From IMG/VR virus record IMGVR_UViG_3300000942_000002, positions 1 to 64,000 of that record: 64,000 nucleotides of DNA. One strand, given 5' to 3'. Positions within the stretch are counted from its first letter, which is position 1. Each line of letters starts with the position of its first letter. This DNA comes from a virus. Its lineage: Duplodnaviria > Caudoviricetes. Below the pieces are notes generated by a model, which saw only the letters and a program-made list of their open reading frames with translations, did not search any database and was not told the origin of the DNA. Position numbers and translations under genes: made by a program. Shown here piece after piece: positions 35,872 to 47,800 of this stretch.

Positions 35872-38800
35872 ATGGATGAATTTCAAATCAAAGTACTAGA
35901 AGCCAACGGATATTCTTATGTTGATGGAGGTATAGTAGATGCAGAGGGAAATTATATTTCCTCTGTTGAGTTAAATGGAGAACTGTATAATTCTGAATCA
36001 GATCAGGATTTATGGAATAGAGGACAAGCTTTAGAAAGAAAATATTCAGAGCCTGTTGATCCATATAAAAACTTAAAAGAATTTGAAAAAGATCCTCTTA
36101 ATACTGTATTAACAGAAGAGGATAGAAATTTTTACCCATTGTATTCTGAAGAACAAGAAGAGAATGATATTCCTACTTATGATAATGTAGATATTTTTCA
36201 GAAGGAAATGGAAGATAAAGCTATTCAAGAAAGTGATAACACTTATTTTGAGATGCTTAGACAATTTCAAGAAGCAGGACATGATAACATCACAGATGAA
36301 TTTATAAATGAGAATAAAAGAAATGAATCTGTAATTAAAAAATATCAAAATTCTGATAAAGATGTGGATACCATTATGCAAGATATTCTTGATGAAGGCC
36401 CGGTACCTCACACTCCAGACCCTAATGATAATGCTGTGATAGCTTATCTGAAAGATCCAAATAGAAATGTATTTACTAGGATGGGAGATTGGATGTGGGA
36501 AAGAATCTACAGTGGGATTGCTCATGTTACTCCTACTGGTGTAGGTATGGATGGTACTGAGGAAGAGATTCAAGAATACAAAGATGCTGTCACAAAAAGA
36601 AAAGAACTTCAAACACCTGTTCTAGAGATAGTTGATTCTATGCATGAGCAAAAGCAAAAGGTTTTACAAGATCAGTGGGATAATATGTCTTTTGCTGAAA
36701 AGTACAATCCTTTTGACAGAGAAAATAGACTTGTTGAATATGGTCTAGGAGAAGTTAATGCAGAAAGAGATAGAATAAAAGATTACGTAGAAGGTAGTCA
36801 TATATACAATCCTCTAAACAAAGATTTCTTAGGAGATTTTGCTACACTAGGTATAGGAGATGCTTATGATATGTATTTTTACAATTCTTACCTACATGAT
36901 AAAATAAATAAAGGGGAGGAGCTAACTGAAAAAGAGCAGTTAGTTGCTGAGACCTTGGCCGGAATACATCAATCTAAAGGTGTAAAAATGGATCAGAAAG
37001 GTCTTTATAACATTACTGCTGGGACATTTGAAAGTGCTTCTTTCTTATTAGGAGGGGCACCAGGTAGATTAGCTTTAAGAGGAACAACTAAAGCTATTAC
37101 TAGAAACGTTGCAAAATCTTTATCTGGGGCTGGTATGTCTACAGGGACAGCAAATGTTTTTGGAAAGGTTGCTGGAGAAACAGTAAATATGTTTGGTCAA
37201 GCAGTTCTTCATCCTGATGCTCATGTTAAAGCTCTTAATAAGTACTATGGTGATATACAGTTTGATAAAAACGATAAAGGAGAAATTGAACTAACTACAG
37301 ACAGAAGGACCTATAAGACATTAATGGATGAAGTGGAAATCAATCGAAACAGAATTGAAGATGCTTTGGCAAAAGAAACAGACCCAGAGAAAATTGCACA
37401 GCTTAAAACTCAATTAAATAAAATTGAAGATTATAGTGATAGTATCAAAGCTCCTGAAACGGTATTTGATTCTGCTGCTTATGGACTAACAGAAGTCTTA
37501 AAAGAAAATGTAATCGAAAATTATGGAGGGCAATTAGCAAATAAAGTTGTAAACAATAGGTTTACTAAAAAACTAGCTACAAAACCTTGGGCTCAATCTA
37601 TAGCTAATTCTGGGGTTGCACAAAATATTAAAAAAGCAAACAATCTTTTTGGTAGTGTAAAAAATAAATTCAATACATTAACAGGCAATAAAGGATCCAA
37701 ACTTGTAGGAAATAATTTGGAAGAGATGGCTGAAGAAGTAATGACTCAGTTAGTACCTGTTTGGGGAGAAACAGAAGAAGAAGCGAAGCAAAGAAAAGGA
37801 GAACTTTTAGAAGGAAGTTTTTATGGACAAGTTGCAGGTCAAACTCTATTGATGGGGGGATTGATGAAGGCTTTATATTCACCTCTTTCTGGTTATCAAG
37901 CTTATCAGAAATCTAAAAACTTAAGAGATAAAAGAAAAGCTTTTAAGGACATGATCTCTGATTTTAATAAAGAGAATATATCTGATTCTCAAGTCGAAGA
38001 ATTATTAATGTCTGCCGGAGAAGGAAATTTCTCTATCCAAGAATTTGATAACAAAATTGCAAAATTAAGAGATAAAGGACAACATGATAAAGCTAATGAA
38101 TTAGAGAGAAATAAAGTATTTAATATTGGGAAATCTTTAGTATCTATTGGTAGAGGAAAAGAGTTCGTAAGAAATATGAATAATGTGATATCTTCTGGGA
38201 ATGTTACCCCAGAAAGTATTGCTAGTATTCAAGAGGCAGTACAAGAAGTAAAAGTTCTTGAAGCTGATATGAAGGATCACGGAAATTTAAAAAACAGAGA
38301 TTATGTTCTAGAATTAAAATCAAAACTAAGATATAATCAAAAACAAAAAGAAAATCTTGAAAAAAGGAAGTCTGAACTTAATGGCCAAGAGCAATCTCAA
38401 GAAAGAGATGCAGAAGTAGATGCAATTGATTTGGCTCTTAAAGATATAAATAATCATGAAGGTCAGTTAAAGAAAGCTATCAATCATGAGACTTCTTCTA
38501 AAATGGTAGATAAGCTAAGAAAAGAGGAAGAAGTGACAAACTCTATTATCAAGGAGTATAGAAAACTTGTTAAAGAGAATGATGCTACAGACTCTTCTGC
38601 TCTAAGAGATAAGGCTATTGAAAACACAAAACAAAAGTATGGCAAGACTATCAGTAATGGTACTTATTCAAAATCAATTAAAGATGTAGATAGATACTTA
38701 CTGAAAGAGACTTTAAGAGAGGAAATAGCTTTAGAACAAAAAGAATCTAAAATTGAAGCTCAAATTGAGGAGGTAACTCCGGAAAAAGAAGAGACTCAAA

Positions 38801-41800
38801 AACATGTTGAGGAAATTGGACAAAATGTAGATCAAGTAACTGAGCTTGCAGAGCAACAGGAAATAAGCTTTCAAGCCCCTGATAATAAGAAAGGTGTGGA
38901 TGATTTAGATTATGCTGGTCCAGCTTTTGATCCAGATGTAGAAACAGATTCTTTTGAAGATATAGATGATGCTTTCTTTGATGATATGCCGGTACAGAAA
39001 GATGGTTCTTTTGAAAATCAAGCTTTTAACAATTTAGTAGAGACAGTAAAAAATAGAGTAAATCTAATTGAAAAAAGAGATAAGACTAAGCCCTCTTTCA
39101 AAGATTATGTAGAGGATCTTATTGACAATGGGGATGTTCCTATTGAAAATTTCAGAGGTCATATGAGAGCTTTAGCCTTGGCTTGGAGTGGGGCCAAACT
39201 AGGTAAGACTAATTGGAGACAATTATATAATGAATTATTTGAAGACACTCAAGCTGTACTTAATAGAAAAGAAAATCAGAATACTTCTGAAGCTATAAAA
39301 ACTCCTCAAATCGAAGAGGTACAAGAAAGAAGTGAAGAACAAGTAACTAATAAGAATAGTTTAAGTGAGCCTATAAAATATGAAGAAACAAGTGGAGCAC
39401 CAGTTCATGTGACTCCAAATTCTAATAAAACTTATGGTACAGAACATAAGCTTAACTTTTCTGCTATAGAATATAATGAAGTAATTGAAAATGTAAATGG
39501 AAAGAAAGTTTTTCGTAAAATAAATAGTCCTATACCTAAACTAAATGAAAATAGTGGTGTATCGTTTAAAGATTTGGTAAATCCAAATAAGAATAATATT
39601 GGAGATAAGCTTTTTCCTGAAGTTTTAGATGGAGAAGATTTAGCTAACACTTCTGTAGCTGTCAGAGATAAATATGGAAGACAAACTGGGACTATTACTT
39701 TTGCAGAATGGGTAGAAGGAGCTAGACCAGAGGGGATGTCTTTTGAAGCTTTTCAACAAACAAGAGAATACAAAGATAAAGTTCCTATGGTCTACAGGGA
39801 CTCTCAAGGTACTGCTGTAGCATATGTACCCGAGGTAGAATGGTTTAGTGTTACTTCTGTAGGTGATAGCACAAAAGATGTGGATGAAGTAGATCTTGAT
39901 AACCCAAGTGAAAGTCTTAGAAAAGATATTCAACAGAATAGAGAACAAGCTTCTAACTTGAGAGAGGAAGTTATAAATGGTACTATTGAAGAGGTAGAGA
40001 TTATTGATAATCTTTCTTTTCCTCCTTTACAAAAAATTGCAAAATCTGATGATAACGGAGTTCCTATACCTACAAAATCTTTAAGTGAAGTTGCTCCAGA
40101 TAGTCAGATAGTTTGGATGAAAGCTTCTGGTACCATTGTAGATATGAATGGTAGAACTATAGAGATGGAAAATATTTTAAACTTGGGGGATGAATCTGAA
40201 GGGTTCTTGATGACTAAAGTTATAGAAGAAGATGGCATAAAAAAGAAATTACCTATCAACAGAAACCGTACTCATTATTTAGTTCACACTGCCACTATTT
40301 CTGGGGTAAAAAAATATATAGCTCTTAATGTCCAAAGAAAAAATGAAAATGGATTAGATTCTGCTTATTCAGAAGATATTGAAACAGCTAGGTGGATTGC
40401 TGCTATTAACAATGTCACCAAATTCCATGATACAAACTCAGGTAGTGAAATACTTACCAATAGTTCTCACCCTCTTCATATGTCTTTAGAACAAGCTGAG
40501 GACTTGAGAAGACAAATAAAAGAAGTTACAGGGACAGATGTTAAATCTAAATACACTGATCTAATAGAAGCTCTTATAGCTTACCAAACACCAGACAAAG
40601 ATGGCCAGGTTGGGCAGAAAATTACTTTTGGTAGTGAACTAAGTAAAATACTAAGAGCTTATAATAAAGATACAGGTAAGTTTAAAAATGCAGATATTAA
40701 TTTTAGACAAAACACTTCTTTAAGAATGTTGAATAAACCTATGATCAAGATAGCAAAAACTGAAAATGGTTTTGTTGTAGAAAAGATTGCAGATTCTTAT
40801 GATCAACACTTAAAGAATAGATTGTCTACAAATGTGATGGGGTATAATGTTGGAACAAAAGAAAATCCAGTGTACACTATTGCAGTTCAGCAAAAAGTTA
40901 AAATTAGACCTCTTTCTACTAAAAAAGAAACTTTAGAAGAAAAAGTAGAAGAGAATAAACAGGATACACAAGTTCAAGAAAAAGTTGTTGAAGTAGAAAC
41001 TATTGAAACTCCAGGAGAACTAACTGAAGATCAAAAGCAAAAGAGAAAGCAATTAGTTGAAGAAGCTACTGCTTTAGCAAAAGAATTGAATTTAGATATT
41101 AGAGGTATCAAGGAGATAGATGATCTTATTGCCTCAGAATTAACTACTACAGAAAATGTAGACAACTCTATTCTTATTACTGAAGGTCTTACTATTAAAC
41201 AAGAAGAAGATATAATCAAATGGTTATTTAGTAAACTTGCAAATAAAGAAACTAATTTTCAAGAAGTTAAAGAAGATTTGAATAAAGAATTTTCAAGTAA
41301 AGCAGACAAATTAGCAACATCTATTTCAAACCTTAATGAATTTAAAGATAATGAGGTTGTGGACAATTTGATTACTACTTTAGAATCTGCATTAAGTCAA
41401 ATAGAAAATGCTTTGGAGAATTCTGATAGTCTTCTTGCTGAAGCTTCTATGAGAGCTGTTAATACTTCTTTTATTACTGATGAGTTTGAAGTAGACGAAA
41501 TAAACGAAAATATAAAAGATTTTAGTAAAGCTAGTAATGAAAACAAACCTATTGATAAAGTAGGTACTGCTTTGAAAAGAATTTTTGCTCAAGTTACTGA
41601 TGGTAGTACCGGATTTATGGGGTTAGATACTTATGCTTCTTTTAAACAGATGTATGATACAGTTTCTTTAGCTTTATCTAGTGATTCTAATCTTGAACCA
41701 AATTTTAATGAGATGATAGCTCTCTTAAGAAAAAGAGAAAATTCAACACCTTGGATGAAACCTTTAATTGAAAGATTAGAGCAAGCTGATGACCAAGTAA

Positions 41801-44800
41801 AAAATCAATTTGTATATAATACCTATAAACAAAAAGTTTATGCAAAATTTGCAACACTTACTTTTGATAATGATGGAGGAGTAAACAGTAACATTTATGA
41901 TAGTAATTCTAATGAAGCAAAAAGAGCTGTAGTAGATAGATGGAGAGAAAATTTTAAAAGAGCTCCTATCAATAAAGAAGGAAAAATTGATACAAAAGTT
42001 CTTAATAAAGTTGTTGAAGAATGGAACAGTTGGTTTGATTCTGGGACTTCAAATCAGAGTGATACTACTTATAAAAATTGGTTAAGTAACTTTGGAATAG
42101 AATTATCTGACTCAACTTTCACAGCATTAAGAAATGGAGAACTTAATATTTCTGAAGGTGGGGGTAAATTGAAAAAAGCTAGATTCAAAGATCTATTTGA
42201 AGGATTAACTGGGAGTAGCTCAAAAAACAGAACAGGTCTACTGTTTACAAACCTTATGAAATATTCTTTGATGAACAAGGATAAACAAGAGGTAGAGTTC
42301 TATGACAATATAAAAAATCATCCTTTTGAGGATATGAATACTATCTTAAGTCAGTTGGCTGAATTAGAAGTAAAATATAATCCTAGTTATGGTAGTACCT
42401 CTAGATATATTTCTGGAAAAAGTGTAACAGAGATTGAGTCTTTTAATTATTTCTATGAGCAGTTTAAAAAATTAAAAAGTTCCTCTTTAAGTGAGGATAA
42501 AGCTTATCTAAAAGATTTAGAAAACCTAAGTTTTAGCCAAGACTCTTTTCTTTTAAAAATGCTTAAAGAAGATGATGTGTTTGCAAATCAATTTGGGCAT
42601 GGTCTAGTTGATCTAATGTCTTTAAAAGAACTTTATAAAAAGTCTCCAATGTTTGCAGGCATTGATGAATTAAGTTCTATTGATTATATGTTTGCTCAGA
42701 GAGCTATGTTCCAAAATAGGAATCAAGGAGCTGAAAAAGAAGTAATTGGACTTCCTTTTGAAGTTAGAATGGCTCACATGAATACTTTAACTAATTCTGA
42801 TAAAGGAAGAATGATGTTGTTGAAAACTGCTGTATTTGATTTCTATAAACAATCAGAAGCAGCTTTCGAGATTAATGAAGAAGGAGATATAAAATTCAAA
42901 GAAGACCTAAACAATTTACTTTATGATAATTTAGTGGTACCAGAATTGAGAAGAATGGTCAACTTTATCACAAATGTGAAAAACACAAACATAAAAGGAT
43001 ATGATAAAGGAGCAGTCCGTTTTAATCTTATCCCTGGTATTAATACTTTAACTGATAAGAAAGGAAGAAGTGTTTCAGAATTAATTTCAGTTATTGAAGG
43101 AAAGTCTCAAGAAGAGATAATGGAAAATGTGAAAGAAATATTTGGTGCAGATATTTCTACTTTTATACAAGATAATGTTATTAAAGAAGCTTTAGATAAT
43201 GTTAAAGATCTAAATCAGTTTAATAGTAAAATAGATGGTTTCAATAATGCAGAATATTTAAAGCAAAGAAAAGGTACTGTTGACGAGAACATGAAGATTG
43301 CCGAGTTAGATTTTATCTTAAATTCTATGTTGACAAATATGAATTACATGCAACTTATGACAGGGGATCCAGCTCTTTATTATAAATCTAAAGGAGATGT
43401 GAAATCTAAAGACCTTAAAGCTCAAACTAAAATTTCCCAGCAACTAGCTATCAACTTAGGGAAGAGAATGGCTTCTATGATAGCCCCAGGGAGTGTGTTA
43501 GCTGATTCAAATAATAATTCTTATCTACAAGTATTCCTTGAGGACGTTAATGGAGTAGCTGACAATATTTTAGATATTGTCGAATGGCATTATAGCAAGA
43601 AAGAATTAAATGAAAAGCATGGTAATGGACTTACGTATAAAGAAATGTTTGAATCTTCTAAAAAAGGTAATAGAGAATTTATTGATTTATTATCTGAAAG
43701 ATTTGAAAGAGTTGCGGAGTTTATAGACATTGAGAGCACTGATGCACAAGAGTACACAACTCTTAATGAGCATATATACGTTATGTTGAAACAAGGAAGA
43801 ATTTCTGAAGATAAATATAAAACTATCCAAGATAAAATAAAGAAAGAAGAGGATTTAACAAAAGAGGAGTTAGACTTAGTATTGCAGCCTATTAAACCTG
43901 TTTATACCGGAACCATTTATGATTCTGAACAAGATGTTAATAGAATGATGTATATCAAGTCTTCTTCTTTCCCTCTTATACCTCAACTAACAAAAGGTAG
44001 AAAGTTGGATGATCTTAGAAAAAATATGGAAGAAGTTGAAAAAGTATACAGCACCACTGTAAGAGCTTCCTATCAAACAGCAAATAAGGTTGGGGCTTTA
44101 ACTTCTGAGAATACTATAAAAGATTTTTCACAACCTATAGTAGACAATAATATCATAAAATTAGAAAGAGCTCATTTTAAAATACAACAGGATGTTCCTT
44201 TTAAATCAAAAAAGGTTCAAGATGACACTGTCTCTATGGGTACTCAAATATTTAAACTTTTGATGGGAGACGGTATAATGGATATTGATGGATTTGAATT
44301 TGAAGGCCAAGAATATAATGGTAAAGAATTACAAAACAAATTCCACGAAATATTTAAAGATATGGTTTCTCTTAAAAGAGACAAGTTTCTAGATTCTCTA
44401 GGGCTTAATGCTGATATGAGTGCAAAAGACCCAAAAGAAACTATTAAGAAGCTGCAAAAACTTCTTATTAAAGAAGCAAAAAGTAGAGGGTTCTCTAAAC
44501 AAGATTTAAAAATACTTTCTCTGGTAGATAATGGACAAGGAGAAATGACTTTTAAATTACCTCTTTGGTTAACAGGAAATAGTAACAAGTATGAATCTAT
44601 GTTGAATGCTCTTATAAATAACAAAATATTTAAGCAGAAGCTGCCGGGGAATAAATTTGTTACAGGATCAGAAGCAGGGTTTGATGTATCAGAAACTACT
44701 GAAGGTATTGATGAAAGCAGAATAATTCATGTGGGAGATTTTGAAGGGGGTGTACTACAAAGTACTAGAAAGCAGGATAAAAGCATATCAAAAGCTCAAA

Positions 44801-47800
44801 TATTGGTTCCCTCTAAATTTAAACTTAACGGAGAACTTATCAATCTTTTTGAAGAATTTAATGGAGAAGAGGGATTATATATTCAAAAGGTAGATGGAAT
44901 TGTAAGAATAAAGGAAGACATGTTTGATAAAAACTTGTTGGAGCAATTTGTATTTAGAATACCTACATCTTCTCATGGTCTTGGGTCTTCTGTTGAGGTA
45001 GTAGGATTTTTACCTCCAGAATCAGGAGACTTGATTATCACCCCTAAAGGGTTTATTGCTCAAATGGGGCAAGATTTTGATATTGATAGTTTAACAGCTT
45101 ATCAGTATAATCATGTAGTTATGCAAGATGGAGCAGTTAAAGAGTTGACTGAAGAAAATAAAGAGGCTTATTTAACAGAAGTTTCAAACAGAATCAATTA
45201 TTTAGAGCAATTAGTTAAAGAAGATAAACTTGATATTTATAATAATCTTCTTTCCTCTATACCTGGATTAAATTTAGAAGATCTAAATAAGGAAGATATA
45301 CTAGAAGAGTTGGCTATAGCTAAAAAGAGTATTTCAAAAGAGTTTGATCTTAAGTTATTAGAGAATAAATTTATAAAGGTTCATAACTCAGTATATTCAA
45401 ATGAGAAAAGCCAAAAACATATAAATAAGGTTTTATCTATGGTTTTTGCTGAGAAGCAAGCGGATGAGATTGAAAGCCTAACTGAGAATACCTCAAATAC
45501 TTTTAATATCTTATCCCCTAAATATCAGATGATAAAAATGAATGCTGGGTCTACAGGGCAAGATGCTATTGGTATCTATGCAAAAGGAGTAACTTTACAT
45601 AGTTTAGTACAACAAGCAAAAAGTTCTGGAACTAAAGTAGGTCTTGGGACAAAAGATCAATCTAAGCAAATACGTATTGGTAATCTAGTTAGTGATGGTA
45701 GTCTAGGAAATATGTTGGCTATACCTTCTAAAAATCAGGTATTCAAAGGTTTAACTAGAAGAATATCTACAATCCTAGATGAAAGAACAAATACAGGAAC
45801 AGATAACGAAAAAGCTCAGATACTAGGTAGAACTGGATTGAATCATAAAGATGCTATTGCAGTTGACAATCTACTTTCTCTTCTAGGTTTTGATGCAGAG
45901 TACACTCAAATTACTAAAGAAGATTTTGATAAGGATAAAGCTTTCCACAGATCTACTAATATAGATGGGAAAGAGGTTTATTACACAGAACATTCTGTAC
46001 CTTATTTATTACATTCTCAACCTATAGTAAAAGAGTTCTTTTCAATCATCAATGATAAAGAGTCTATTACAACAGAATTTAGTGCAAGAGCAAAGCAAGA
46101 GGCCATCAATGAATTACTTTCTAAGTATGGTAAAAAAGAACAGGATGTTTATAAAGGAAAATTAGGTATTTGGCAGAGAAAAGGAGATAAAGACATTTTT
46201 GTTTCAGAACAAGATAATACAAAGTTTAATGCTCAAATGCTTCAGAATCAAATTGTTTTAAATTCTCAGGCAGATAAAAATTCTCAACTAGAAATCTTGG
46301 CTATTTATCTTGATCTAATTGATGAAGCCAAAAAAGTTAAAACTATGATGCAACATGTAGATTTAAACAATCTTGGAAAGTCTATGTGGGAGTCTGGCAC
46401 CAAAGCAAAAGATTTCAAAGAATTCTTTACAAACTTAGATAGTGTTGGAATAACAGGAGCTGAGGCTTTAGTAGGAGATATTACAGAAAGAGGGGAAACT
46501 CTAGAAGAAGGCCAAATAGATTTAGGAGATGGTTTAGTTTTAACTCCAACCACTAATCAAGGTGTTATGGTGGGAACTGCTCTATCTTTAAGTGAGTCTT
46601 TATTTACTAACTTGTTCCCTGCAAAAAATAAATATATAAATTCTATCATTGAGAATATATTCAAAGAGGGGAATTTAAACACTGATAATAGTTTTGCTGT
46701 TATCAAAGCAAAAGAACAAGTTTTCCAAGAGATCAAAAAGTATTTAACTAGTGCAGAAGGTCTAGGAATTTTTAACAAGTCTACAAAAGAAGTAAGAGAA
46801 GATCTTTATTTGGATAGATTTAATGAGAACCACCTATCCTTAAGTTCTTATGTTGGAAACTTATTCAATAGTGAAAGTAATGAATATGCAAATGGGTTAA
46901 GAAAAGTTAAAAACAATTTATTCTTAAACAACTTGAAATACAATGTGGGTGAAAATGGAAAACCATCTTTAATCACTTTTAACAATCAAGAATCTTTTGA
47001 AGCAAACCAAGAAGCTATTTATTCTTCTTTTAAAGAACTAATTTCAGAAGACCTTTCATTACCGAGAAAGAATGGAGAATTCTTTTCTACAAGATTGCTT
47101 GCACAAGAGTTAATAGCTTATTCTTATTCTAGTGGAGGTATAGTCCAAGGGGCTCTAGAATTCCATAAGTTTTTGCCAATTGAGTACTTAGATGATATGA
47201 CCTACAAAAATAAAAAAGGTCAAGATATTCCTATTAGTGCTAGGCTGAGATCTTATAACACTTTTAATAGAGTAGAGGGCAATCAAAACATTCTTGGAAG
47301 ATTTACCAGGCAATACTTCCAAAATAACCCTGAGAGTTTAGTTCAGATGGAAATGAAAGAAGTTACACTTGGTAATGAAGTAAAAATTTATACTCCAAAA
47401 GAAAATACATCTTTGGCTTATATTGCCAACAAAGTAAAAACTAAGAGTAAACTTAAACAAGATAGATGGAAAATATTTGAAAAGATAGAAGGAGAAAAAT
47501 ACTACAAAGAGATCGATGTTTTAGGTGAAACAGGTATGGCAGAATATGAGTTTGGAGTAGAAGAGCTAACATCTAATTTAGGTAAAGATAAAACTCCTGT
47601 AACTAAAATCTCCTCTCTAGAATTAGATACTATTAATGATGAAAATCTTGGGATTATTCCTAAGAATGGTTCTGAAGTATCTTCTTTTCTAAAAGCTATT
47701 GCTACAGGAGAGTATGGAGACTACTCAAACATAAAAGATATCGCTCAATACCTAGTTAATTTTGTTCCAGAAGGAAAAACTTTTAACTATAAAGAAGGCA